Shown here piece after piece: positions 22,238 to 31,109 of a stretch of 64,000 bases of DNA. The DNA comes from Myxococcota bacterium (GTDB taxonomy: Bacteria; Myxococcota_A; UBA796; CAJQPC01). The DNA lies in contig DASCPX010000027.1 in the NCBI GenBank assembly GCA_036012755.1, positions 288,001 to 352,000 on the forward strand. Reading direction: 5' to 3'. The notes beneath the pieces are model-generated. The model did not search any database. It saw nothing but the letters and a program-made list of their open reading frames with translations, and was not told where the DNA came from. The stretch's first letter is position 1; each line of letters begins with the position of its first letter. Made by a program: the position numbers and the translations under genes.

Positions 22238-23243
22238 GCGCCGCGAGGACCCCCTGCACCTGGTCCTCGAGGCTGAAGTGGGCCAGCACGTGCTCTCGAG
22301 CCCGCGCGCCTTTGTCGTCGTCCGCAAAGGCTCGGCGGAGAGCCTCGGCGAGCGCCCCGGCGTCTCCGGGTGGAACCCGCCAGCCCACCTCGTCCGGCAC
22401 CAGCTCCTCGAGCCCCGGCAGCGTCGTCGTCACGACCGGGAGACCTGCGCACATCGCCTCCATCATGGCCACCGGGAGACCGTCACGGTCGCCGTCGGGG
22501 GCCTCCAGGCAAGCAAGGGCGAAGACCCGCGACCGGGCTTGGAGCTGCCGGATGGTCGCCTTGTCGACGGCCCCGAGACCACCGAGGCGCTCCGTGCCCG
22601 GACCCGCGAGGAGCAAGGAGACGCCAGCCAGTTCCGCGGCCTCGACCAGCACGTCGAGGCCCTTCTTCGGTACGTCGCGAGCGACGCAGAGCACATGCTC
22701 ACCCCCGGTCACACGCGGCCAGTCAGAGGCCCTGACCCCACAGTGGACCACCCGGGCCGTGACCCCGTACCGCTGTTGGATGAGCTCGCGGTTGTGACGG
22801 CTCACGGTGAGCACGGCGTCAGCTTCGGCGAGGACCTCGGCCAGAGCGGGGCGCGGCTTGAAGAGATCGGCGGCGTGCACGGTCACGGCGTAGGGCGTCC
22901 CCCGGACCTGCCTCGCCAACAAGGCCCACTCGGCAGCCTCGCCCGCGAAGTGGCAGTGGACGCGCTCGTCCGCCTCGAGCTGATCGACAGCCCAGAGGGC
23001 CTTCAGCACCTGCTTGCTGCGCTGGTGGCCGGAGAGCCAGGTCGGCAGCCGCGGCAGGTAGCGCAGGAGGCTGGCGTAGCCCGGGGGACGGAGCACCTCC
23101 CAGTCGGGTCCCTCCCCTTGTTCCCGGCTCCCGATGGCGACGCAGCGCACCCTGTGGCCGAGAGCCGAGAGCGCGCGAGCCTCCTCGTAGACGAAGGTCT
23201 CCGTTGTCGTCGGGTAGTAGCGCAGGAAGTACGCGAGCTTCAC
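22230..23243 (-). CDS. Glycosyltransferase family 4
   Basis: YPTTTETF, KKG, DGLPVAMMEAM (WcaL-like). Confidence 0.88.
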   Translation of the reverse strand: MKLAYFLRYYPTTTETFVYEEARALSALGHRVRCVAIGSREQGEGPDWEVLRPPGYASLLRYLPRLPTWLSGHQRSKQVLKALWAVDQLEADERVHCHFAGEAAEWALLARQVRGTPYAVTVHAADLFKPRPALAEVLAEADAVLTVSRHNRELIQQRYGVTARVVHCGVRASDWPRVTGGEHVLCVARDVPKKGLDVLVEAAELAGVSLLLAGPGTERLGGLGAVDKATIRQLQARSRVFALACLEAPDGDRDGLPVAMMEAMCAGLPVVTTTLPGLEELVPDEVGWRVPPGDAGALAEALRRAFADDDKGARAREHVLAHFSLEDQVQGVLAAHA

Positions 23244-24376
23244 GCCAGCGTGCCGGCGAGCACCGCCTCCAGCTGCCGCGCGCGGCTCTGCCAGCTGCGC
23301 AGCCGACGACGCCGAACCGCCAACCGCCGATCGGGATCCGCGGCCCGCAAGGTCGCGCCCAGGAGTGAGTGAACGTCCCCTGGCCGGTAGAACTCCGTGC
23401 TCTCGGGCCCGAGCACCTCGCGAATCGTGGGCAGATCGGCGGCGACCAGCGGGACGCCGACCGCCAGGTAGTCCCAGAGCTTCAGGGGGTTGGCGAGGTG
23501 GGCACCGAAGAGGTTGTCGTCCAGGCAGATGACGGCCGCGTGCCAGCGCGCGACCCTGTCCGGGATCTCGGCATAGGGCAGCTCGCCGACGAGCCGCAGC
23601 GATGGTCCCAGGTGGCCCAGGGCGGAGCGCTCCTCGCTGCTGCCGCCGAGGATCTCGAGGGTCCAGCCATCCGGCAGCAGGCGCGCCAGGTCGCTCAGGA
23701 TCGACACGCCCTTGAAGCGCCGCAGCGAGCCCGCGTAGCCCACCACGCGCTCGGCCCCGGGCAGGTGGTTCCTCACCCTTCTGGGGTTGGTGGCGTTGTG
23801 GACCACCGCCCGGTTCGGCGGGAGGACCTCCTTTCCGTGGACCTGCTCGAGCAGGCTCAAGGTGCCCGCGCAGTTCGTCACCAGGCCGTCCACCTCTGCG
23901 AGCAGGCGGCGCTCGAGCTTCAGCCAGTCCTGCGGTGTCTCCCCCCGCGTGATGGCGAGCTGGCTGTCGACCTCGTGGGCCTCCATGACGACGGGAGGCC
24001 CGAAGGGCAGCACGAGGTACTCGTCGATGTAGCGCTTGGCGCGGCCCATGATGACGCTGTTGTCCGCGTGCTCACGGGTGCTGTTCCAGATCCAGAACAG
24101 GGCGTGCTTGCGGAACCAGAAGCTCACGGCGGCGGGAATGCTCGTGGGCGCCAGCTTCAAGTCCAGACCCTCCACCGGCGGGAGGTCGTACCAGGCCAGG
24201 ACCTCCTCGACGGTGGGCAGCTCCTCGACCGGCATCCTGTCCCGAGGCGGATCAGCCAAGAGCGTCACCTCGTGGCCGAGGGAGGCCAGCCCGTGGCAGG
24301 TCCCGAGGACCTGGATGGACTGCGCCCGCGTGCTCGGCAGCCGGGGCCGGTAGAGGTGGAGGATGCGCAGCTTCAA
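23240..24376 (-). CDS. Glycosyltransferase family 4
   Basis: YAGSL..FKGV, NPLKLWDYLAVGVP. Confidence 0.85.
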   Translation of the reverse strand: MKLRILHLYRPRLPSTRAQSIQVLGTCHGLASLGHEVTLLADPPRDRMPVEELPTVEEVLAWYDLPPVEGLDLKLAPTSIPAAVSFWFRKHALFWIWNSTREHADNSVIMGRAKRYIDEYLVLPFGPPVVMEAHEVDSQLAITRGETPQDWLKLERRLLAEVDGLVTNCAGTLSLLEQVHGKEVLPPNRAVVHNATNPRRVRNHLPGAERVVGYAGSLRRFKGVSILSDLARLLPDGWTLEILGGSSEERSALGHLGPSLRLVGELPYAEIPDRVARWHAAVICLDDNLFGAHLANPLKLWDYLAVGVPLVAADLPTIREVLGPESTEFYRPGDVHSLLGATLRAADPDRRLAVRRRRLRSWQSRARQLEAVLAGTLA

Positions 24377-25386
24377 CAGAGCGTCTCCAACACGACCGCT
24401 GCCGCGTTCTCCGGACCGTGCTCCGCCTTGACCCAGGCGTGGGCCTCGAGCCCCCTCGCGCCGCTGGAGAGCCAGGTGCGGATGGCAGCGGCAGAGCCCG
24501 CCGCGTCGTCCGGGTCCTCCAGGATCAGTCCCGCCACCTCCGGCACGCCGCCCACATCGCAGCCGATCGCCGGGACTCCCCGGGCGCTGGCCTCGAGCAG
24601 CGCGAGCCCGAGGCCTTCAGCGCGGAGTCCATCTGCGTCGACGCGGGGCAGCAGCATGCAAGCCGCCTTGCCCCGCAACAGCTCGAAGACGCGCCGTCGA
24701 TCGACCCGACCGTGGAAGGTCACGCTGTCGCCTGCCTGCGCTTCCAGCTCTTCGCGGGCAGGACCGTCTCCGACGACATCCAGGGGCCAGCCGAGCGCAG
24801 CGGCGATGCCGATGGCCCTGTCGACCCCCTTGAGCGGGTTGAGGCGCGCCACGACGATCAGTCCCGTCCCGGGCGTTCCGGGCACGTCGATGGGCAGCGG
24901 CATCGGCAGGACTCGCGGTTCGCCGCCATGGCCCGCGACGAGATCACCGAGGAAGGAGCTGACCGAAAACAGCGCGCGCGCACCGTTCATCGCGCGGCGC
25001 AGTCCCCGGGGGGTGCGCCGGAGCGAGGTGAGCTCGGAGCCGTGGAAGGCCACGCCGAAGGGCACGCCACGATGGTGGAGGATGGGCGCCAGGAGCTCGG
25101 CCAGCTTCCAGGTCGCGAAGATCACGCGATCGGTGGCCCCGACCATGGGGTTCACCTGCGGAACGACCCAGACCCCCTGCCACCGGCCCCAGCTTCGGCC
25201 CCGCATGCGCAGGACCGGGAAGGGCAGGATCCTGTCGTACTCGGAGCTCGTGCCCGTGTACTTCGCGTGGACCACGACCTTCTCTCCGGCGGCGACCAGC
25301 GCGCGGGCGAGATCCTCGCACCAGGACGCGAGTCCACCGTCGAAGTCAGGCGGGAAGTCGAGCGTGACGAGATGGATCATCGACAA
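24373..25386 (-). CDS. Glycosyltransferase family 4
   Basis: DFPP..GG, VARL..LKG, EGLGLALLEA, GGVPE. Confidence 0.88.
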   Translation of the reverse strand: MSMIHLVTLDFPPDFDGGLASWCEDLARALVAAGEKVVVHAKYTGTSSEYDRILPFPVLRMRGRSWGRWQGVWVVPQVNPMVGATDRVIFATWKLAELLAPILHHRGVPFGVAFHGSELTSLRRTPRGLRRAMNGARALFSVSSFLGDLVAGHGGEPRVLPMPLPIDVPGTPGTGLIVVARLNPLKGVDRAIGIAAALGWPLDVVGDGPAREELEAQAGDSVTFHGRVDRRRVFELLRGKAACMLLPRVDADGLRAEGLGLALLEASARGVPAIGCDVGGVPEVAGLILEDPDDAAGSAAAIRTWLSSGARGLEAHAWVKAEHGPENAAAVVLETLC

Positions 25387-26189
25387 AGTTCAGCGATCGC
25401 CTCGGCGACCTGCCCGACTCCTATCCCGGTCATGCAGGCGTGGTCCCCGATGGCGCAGTGCGGCCCGCCATGCCGCGAACACGGTCGGCAGGGCATCTCC
25501 AGCTCGAGCGCCCGGCCCGGGTGGCACCAGAACCCGTCGCCCGAGGAGGTCGGCCCGAACAGCCCGACGACGGGCACGCCCAGCGCCGCGGCGAGGTGCA
25601 CCAGCCCGGTGTCACCACCCACGACGACCCGGCAGCCGGCCAGCCCCTCGAGCGTGCGGTCGAAGCCCTCCTCGATGCAGGCATCGCCAGGCAGCTCCAG
25701 TCCATCGTCCGGGTGGCCGAACACGACCACCTCGTCCAGGCGCTCGGCCAAGGCCTCCCAGTGCGGCCAGCGCTTGGTGGCGTGGGCCGCACCGGGAACC
25801 AGGCCGATGCGCGCAAAAGAGCGCTCCACAGGGATCCACGGGCGCGGGGAGGTGGCTACGCGCGCGGCCTCGGCGTAGCGCTCCACCACGAGCGGGATGG
25901 GTCCGCCGGACTTGAGCGCGACGCGACGCCAGCGCGCCCAGCGGTGCATCCGGACGCGCTCCGCGGTGGGCCAGCGCAGCCAGGTCCACGGCGATGACTG
26001 GAGGTCTACGACCCGGTCCACGGCCGGGAGATCCTCGCGCCTGCTGACGACGACCTCGACTCCGGGAAAGCGCCGTACGAGCTCCGCGTACCGCGGCTTG
26101 GTGAAGAACACGACGGGAGCCAGCGCCGCGGTGATCGACGAGGCGAGCACGACGTCTCCCAGGGAGCTCAGCCGGATGACCAGCGTCAC
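25377..26189 (-). CDS. Glycosyltransferase family 9 (heptosyltransferase-like)
   Basis: IRLSSLGDVV, PGAAHATKRW, DTGLVHLAAA, LFGPT; real start GTG at 26189 inside the 910-aa track ORF. Confidence 0.9.
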   Translation of the reverse strand: MTLVIRLSSLGDVVLASSITAALAPVVFFTKPRYAELVRRFPGVEVVVSRREDLPAVDRVVDLQSSPWTWLRWPTAERVRMHRWARWRRVALKSGGPIPLVVERYAEAARVATSPRPWIPVERSFARIGLVPGAAHATKRWPHWEALAERLDEVVVFGHPDDGLELPGDACIEEGFDRTLEGLAGCRVVVGGDTGLVHLAAALGVPVVGLFGPTSSGDGFWCHPGRALELEMPCRPCSRHGGPHCAIGDHACMTGIGVGQVAEAIAELCR

Positions 26190-27007
26190 GGGTGGATCGC
26201 CGCGAGCACGACCTCGACGGGGATGTCGAGGCATGGCACGCCGCCTGCTGTGCAGGACTTCTCGTAGCAGGGTCGGCAGGGGAGCTCGGGCCCCTCGATG
26301 GGGACGGAGCCGACCGCTCCGGTCCGCTCGGGCGAGGTGCTCCCATGGATGACCAGGGTGCGCACACCCACCGCCCGGGCGAAGTGCGACAGCCCCGAGT
26401 CGTTGACCACGACGACCCGCGCGCGCTCCAGGGCCGCAGCCAGCTCTCCCAGGCCCAGACAGACGCCACCGGCAAAGGCCTCTTTGGGACCGACGTAGAC
26501 GACGGCCTCGGGCACGGCGGCGGCGAGCTCGGCGAAACCCGGCCACTGCACGACTGCTCCGGAGGGGCTGCAGGGGATCAGGGCGACGTGTCCCTCGGGC
26601 GCCACGCAAGCCGCCCTCTCCTCGGCGGTCGGCGCGAAGCGTGGATGCGCCTCCACCACTCCGCCGAGGACCTCGACCAGGCGTCGGTACTCGAGGCTCC
26701 GGTGCAAGCCGTCCATCTCGACGACATCGGTGAGCAGCGGGCCCCGCATGTCCCAGCGCACACCCACGCGTCGAGGGACGCGCCTGGCCTCCCAGGCCGC
26801 CCTGAAGGAGGGAGCCAGGAGCAGGGCGACGTCCGCATCCGGCACGGTGCCACGCTCGACGACCTCGACGTCCAGGGCGCGGTAGAGCTCCGCGCCCCAC
26901 GGGGGTGCCGCGACGACGACCTCGCCCAGGGCGGTGGCTGCCTCGATCGCAGGCATCGCCATCACCCCATCCCCGAGGTGGTTCGGAGCTCGAATGTAGA
27001 GCCGCAT
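26186..27007 (-). CDS. Glycosyltransferase family 9 (WaaF-like)
   Basis: APNHLGDGVM, NDSGLSH, HGSTSP, CRPC. Confidence 0.9.
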   Translation of the reverse strand: MRLYIRAPNHLGDGVMAMPAIEAATALGEVVVAAPPWGAELYRALDVEVVERGTVPDADVALLLAPSFRAAWEARRVPRRVGVRWDMRGPLLTDVVEMDGLHRSLEYRRLVEVLGGVVEAHPRFAPTAEERAACVAPEGHVALIPCSPSGAVVQWPGFAELAAAVPEAVVYVGPKEAFAGGVCLGLGELAAALERARVVVVNDSGLSHFARAVGVRTLVIHGSTSPERTGAVGSVPIEGPELPCRPCYEKSCTAGGVPCLDIPVEVVLAAIHP

Positions 27008-27010
27008 CGC

Positions 27011-28360
27011 CTACAGGACGACGTCGTCCATGCGGGGACCGCGCGCTCCGAGACCCTCCGGCGGCACGATCCGGAAGCACCTCGGACGGAGCACCTCGGC
27101 CAGGCCCGCCCGAGCGACCAGCGCGGTGGCGATCGATGCGGCGGAGAGCGTGACGGCGACGATGCCCAGGGGGATCGACGAGAACCAACCCGTCAGCGCG
27201 GCAGCGACCAGCGTCAACGGAACAAGGACGCAGACGATCTTGCGCGCGTGAAGGGCTCGGCGCACCCGGGCCGCCAGCCGCTTGCCGTCGACGTCGGTGA
27301 CCGTCCGCTCGGCGGCGGCGAGCTCCGCCGGCGCACGCTGATCCCCGCGGTGGGCCCACACCAGTGCCCGCAAGAGTCGGGCGGGGCCGAGGTCCTTCGA
27401 CAACTTCAGGGTCTGCTCGAGCACCTCGAGCCCGTCGTCGAGCGACCCACCTCGCACCAGCGACAGCGCGAGGTGGTAGCGCAGGACCCGGTCGTCTGGG
27501 AAGTTGTGGACGCCAATGCGCGCCGAGGTCTCGGCGCTGTCCGGACGACCGAGCATGTCCGCGACCACGCAGGCCGCGACCAGCGCCTGGCGCCGGAATG
27601 CGCACTCGGAAATGGCCGCCTCGAAGCGACTGAGCGCCGCCGCGGCGTCGCCCTCCGAGAGCAGCCTGAGGCCGCTGGCGTAGGGGTCGTCGAGACGCTC
27701 GGGCTCGCTGAAGAGAATCTCGTCCGCAGCACGATCGGCCTCGACGGCGCCAGCTGCGTGCTCGCCCATGCAGGTCAGGACGAGGCCGCAGTCCGCCGTG
27801 TGGTGGAAGGCCACGAGGGTCTCCACGTCCTGCCCATGCGTGGCCTGGACGACGCGCAGCAGGTCGAAGAAGGCCTCGCGCCCGGCGCAGGCAGCGAAGC
27901 TCTCGAATCGGTAGAGGTAGAGGAGGTAGCCGACGTCCTCGCCCTTCCGGGCGAAGTAGGTCTGGCCATCCGGCCGGTCCTCCATCCAGCGGACCTCGAG
28001 TTCCACGGGCTCCTGCTCGCCGTAGAACCTCCGCAAGAACGCCGCGACCTCTCCGGCGAACTGGCCTGCGAGCCCACCCGGCGCGTCCTTGCGCTGGATG
28101 CCGGACCACCCGTAGCGATGGAAGTAGCTCTTGCGAAGCTGCTCGATGCGACGCTGGCAGTGCGCGATCTCCGCGGTGACCACATCGTTGTCGCCATAGC
28201 GACTCGGCGCGCTCGCTATTCGCCGCTGGTAGAGGCGAACGCTGGCCTCGAAGCTGTAGCGCCGGATGATCCCGTCACGTCCGACGATCTCCACCGGGAA
28301 GTCCACGAGCTGCGTGTAGTCCTTCCGGCTGTAGCGCTTGAGCTTCTTCCCTTTGTCCAT
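27011..28360 (-). CDS. Hypothetical protein: unknown N-terminal domain + TPR + C-terminal TM hairpin
   Basis: Basic N-terminus, TPR-like helices, two hydrophobic segments near the C-terminus. Confidence 0.75.
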   Translation of the reverse strand: MDKGKKLKRYSRKDYTQLVDFPVEIVGRDGIIRRYSFEASVRLYQRRIASAPSRYGDNDVVTAEIAHCQRRIEQLRKSYFHRYGWSGIQRKDAPGGLAGQFAGEVAAFLRRFYGEQEPVELEVRWMEDRPDGQTYFARKGEDVGYLLYLYRFESFAACAGREAFFDLLRVVQATHGQDVETLVAFHHTADCGLVLTCMGEHAAGAVEADRAADEILFSEPERLDDPYASGLRLLSEGDAAAALSRFEAAISECAFRRQALVAACVVADMLGRPDSAETSARIGVHNFPDDRVLRYHLALSLVRGGSLDDGLEVLEQTLKLSKDLGPARLLRALVWAHRGDQRAPAELAAAERTVTDVDGKRLAARVRRALHARKIVCVLVPLTLVAAALTGWFSSIPLGIVAVTLSAASIATALVARAGLAEVLRPRCFRIVPPEGLGARGPRMDDVVL

Positions 28361-28421
28361 ATACGGCAGTGGTCGATCCTGAGTTCACAGCGTACCATCA
28401 CAGTGAACCGACTCGCCGACG

Positions 28422-28447
28422 TGAAATAAAGGCTCGCCCCGCTCGTA
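28422..28447 (+). promoter_or_regulatory. ECF (SigW-like) promoter TGAAAT-N16-CGTA
   Basis: One mismatch from the SigW consensus TGAAAC-N16-CGTA, directly upstream of the ECF gene. Confidence 0.65.
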
Positions 28448-28483
28448 GAGCCAAACGAAGACCGCCCAAAGGAGGCACCCGAA

Positions 28484-29053
28484 CTGGCCCTGCGACTCGT
28501 CACCGGAGCTATCGACGAAAGAGAACAGATCCTGGCGGCCCGAGAGGGCGACCGGGGCGCATGCGACTGGCTCATCCGCCAGTACACGCCGGCGGTGTTC
28601 CGCTTCGCGTATCGCATGCTTCGAAACGAGCAGGACGCGCGCGACGTCGCGCAGGACACGCTCATCAAGGTCATGAAGAACCTCCACCGCTACGACGTGA
28701 ACCGCAAGTTCTCGACCTGGGTATTCGGCATCGCCCGGAACACGGCGATCGACGAGCAGCGCAAGCGCAAGCGCAGAGCACCCGCGCCCAAGAAGGAACC
28801 GGCCTGGCAGGGACCCTCCCCGTTGGAGGAGACCTCTCGCGGTGAGCGCGCTCGGCGGCTCCACGAGGCCCTGGGCCACCTCCCCCCGAAGTACCGTGAG
28901 ATCCTCGTCCTGTACCACTTCGAACACTTGAAGTACCAGGAGATCGCGGACACCCTCCAGATCCCCATCGGCACCGTCATGAACCGCATCTTCCGCGCTC
29001 GTCGCCGGCTGCGGGACCTCTATGATGCGGTCGAGGCCTCCCCCATCGCATGA
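28484..29053 (+). CDS. ECF sigma-70 factor (probable CTG start)
   Basis: Region 2 (DARDVAQD, FSTWVFGIARN) and region 4 (YQEIA, GTVMNRIFRAR); GGAGG 8 nt before in-frame CTG 28484. Confidence 0.9.
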   Translation: MALRLVTGAIDEREQILAAREGDRGACDWLIRQYTPAVFRFAYRMLRNEQDARDVAQDTLIKVMKNLHRYDVNRKFSTWVFGIARNTAIDEQRKRKRRAPAPKKEPAWQGPSPLEETSRGERARRLHEALGHLPPKYREILVLYHFEHLKYQEIADTLQIPIGTVMNRIFRARRRLRDLYDAVEASPIA

Positions 29054-29622
29054 TCCAGCATCCCTCCGACGCACACCTCGGCAGCTTCGTCCGGGGAGAC
29101 CTCGGCGAAGCTGACGCCGTCGCGGTCGCGCTGCACCTCGACGACTGTCCGCGCTGCGCGACGCGAGCGGCGGGCTTCGACCCCCTCGCGAGCGCCTTCG
29201 CCAGCTGCGATGACCCGCTGGTGCCAGATGACCTCGTCGCCGCGGTCCTCGCGGCAGCCGCCGACATCCCGATTGGGGTCGCCCCGAGTGGGGTCGCCCC
29301 GAGTGGGGTCGCGCCGGAGCCGGAGAGAGCTCGCATCCCGCTGGGTGAGCTGCTCGCCGCCGCGGGGCTGCTGAGCGCCGCCGCGATGCTCTTCCTCATG
29401 CTCGGCGAGCCCACAGCACTGGCCGCGGACGCTGCGCTGGCCGCGTCCGCCGGGATCACCGCCGCCAACCTCGTGGCGACCGAGCTGTCCACCAGCACGT
29501 GGGTGGTGATGCCGATGGCTGCCCTCGCCTTCCTCTTGTGCCTGGCCGTCGCGTCCGGATTCGGACGCCGTCCCCTGCCCTTCGCGCGGGGGTCCTCCGC
29601 GCAGGGGCCAGACGACCCTTGA
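29050..29622 (+). CDS. Zinc-binding (ZAS/zf-HC2) transmembrane anti-sigma factor
   Basis: HLDDCPRC = HxxxCxxC; TM segments; ATGA overlap with sigma gene. Confidence 0.85.
   Translation: MIQHPSDAHLGSFVRGDLGEADAVAVALHLDDCPRCATRAAGFDPLASAFASCDDPLVPDDLVAAVLAAAADIPIGVAPSGVAPSGVAPEPERARIPLGELLAAAGLLSAAAMLFLMLGEPTALAADAALAASAGITAANLVATELSTSTWVVMPMAALAFLLCLAVASGFGRRPLPFARGSSAQGPDDP
29274..29315 (+). repeat. 15-bp tandem repeat (GVAPS x about 3)
   Basis: tggggtcgccccgag twice plus a partial copy. Confidence 0.8.
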
Positions 29623-29623
29623 G

Positions 29624-30589
29624 ATGCTGAGTCCCGCGCTGATCGCACCGGCGCTCGTAGCCCTCAGTGTCGCTCAGGAGCCAGACCTCGAGAGCGTCCA
29701 GCTCGAGCAGACACAGCGGGACCTCGCTGCTGCCATCGAGCGTCTGGACGTCGCCGAGCAGCGCATCCGCGTCCTCGAGACCGAGATCGCCCTGTCCGAA
29801 GTGCAGGGGGAGGTGGCCGACGAGGCGCTCGGCGAGCCGATCATCGTGCATGCAGGCCAGCTCGTCCCGGAGGCCGTGGCGTTCGCCGCACCGGTGCACG
29901 TACACGGCCGGGTGGACGGAGAAGCGGTGAGCTTCGGCGATGACGTCCGCGTGTTCAATGGCGGGCAGGTCTACGGCGACGCGGTCAGCTTCGGCGGGCA
30001 GGTGGTCGTCGACCCGGGCGGCTCCGTTGCTGGCGACCGCATCTCCTACTCGGACCCGACCACGACCGTCACGCGCACGCGGGCATCGACCGGGAGCATC
30101 ATGCAGGCCCAGACCGCTCAGGGCTGGGCGCGCACGCTGGCCCGCAAGCTGGTCCTGATCCTCACCTTCGCGGGCGCGGGGGTGCTCGTCGTCGGGCTCT
30201 TCCCGAAGCACGTGGAGAACGTCGCAGCCACCATCGCCGCTCGGCCGATGCGGATGGGCCTCCTCGGGGCCGGGCTGACCACGGGCCTCGGCTTCCTGGC
30301 GCTCTTGCTCCTGTTGACCGTGCTCCTGAGCCCGCTGGCGCTCGCTATCGGTGTGGCCCTAGGCGTCGCGTGGTTGCTCGGCTTCGTGGGCCTCTGCCAG
30401 GCCGCGGGTGACCGGCTGCCGATCGCCAGCGAGGGCCTGCGCCGCTGGCTCGCTTTCCTCGTCGGCGTCGTAGTGCTCGCCTTCGTGAGCACCCTGCCCC
30501 TGGTGGGACAGCTCTTCCTCGTGCTCATCGGCTTCATCTGCGTCGGGGCGGCTCTCCACACCCGCTTCGGGGTCAGAGAACTCGACTGA
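29624..30589 (+). CDS. Membrane protein with bactofilin-like/beta-helix repeat
   Basis: Signal, coiled coil, V-x-G-x-V-x-G-[DE]-A-V-S-F-G repeats, multiple C-terminal TMs. Confidence 0.75.
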   Translation: MLSPALIAPALVALSVAQEPDLESVQLEQTQRDLAAAIERLDVAEQRIRVLETEIALSEVQGEVADEALGEPIIVHAGQLVPEAVAFAAPVHVHGRVDGEAVSFGDDVRVFNGGQVYGDAVSFGGQVVVDPGGSVAGDRISYSDPTTTVTRTRASTGSIMQAQTAQGWARTLARKLVLILTFAGAGVLVVGLFPKHVENVAATIAARPMRMGLLGAGLTTGLGFLALLLLLTVLLSPLALAIGVALGVAWLLGFVGLCQAAGDRLPIASEGLRRWLAFLVGVVVLAFVSTLPLVGQLFLVLIGFICVGAALHTRFGVRELD

Positions 30590-31109
30590 TCGCCAGCGCG
30601 ACGCCGACCGCGGACAACGCGAGGAAGGTAGAGCGCTCGCTACCGAGGGCCCGCACGAGGTCGAAGGTGCCCGCGCCGCCGGGGCCGAGAGGAAGCCAGC
30701 GGGGCACGCGTTCGAGGTAGGCGCGGTACTCGGGACCGAGCTCCGGAGCGAGGTTTGCCTCCTCCCACCGGACGACGAGGCCGTAGTGCACCACCATGAG
30801 GACGAGCCAGGCCAGCGCCCAGTACCAGCCCGCCACGAGGCCGACGCCGCTCCAGATGATGATGTTGCCGGCATAGAGCGGGTTCCGCAGCCTCCCGTAG
30901 GGTCCGACCGTCACGAGCTGGCCGACCTCGGACGTGCGAGTGCGGGAGGCAGGACCGATGTACCCGACAGCCCAGAGGCGAATGGCCTCGCCGAGCACGA
31001 TGGCACCGACACCAAGGACCCAGTGGCCCTCTCCTCCCAGCACCAGCTGCGCCAGGAGCAGCGGGAGCGGCACCAGACCGCGGGCTCGGAAGAGCCGCTG
31101 TCCGACTAT
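30573..31109 (-). CDS. Isoprenylcysteine carboxyl methyltransferase / PEMT family membrane protein
   Basis: LVTVGPY.RLRNPLY, EE..L...G..Y..Y..RVPRW; start uncertain (GTG 31073 or ATA 31109). Confidence 0.85.
   Translation of the reverse strand: MVGQRLFRARGLVPLPLLLAQLVLGGEGHWVLGVGAIVLGEAIRLWAVGYIGPASRTRTSEVGQLVTVGPYGRLRNPLYAGNIIIWSGVGLVAGWYWALAWLVLMVVHYGLVVRWEEANLAPELGPEYRAYLERVPRWLPLGPGGAGTFDLVRALGSERSTFLALSAVGVALAISRVL

Noticed and set aside
25377..28109. 910-aa ORF as a fusion protein
   Set aside because: Only the part from GTG 26189 is GT9; the rest is an off-frame overlap of two real genes. The same applies to the extended starts given for thrA (42422), thrC (45612) and cotH (54035)
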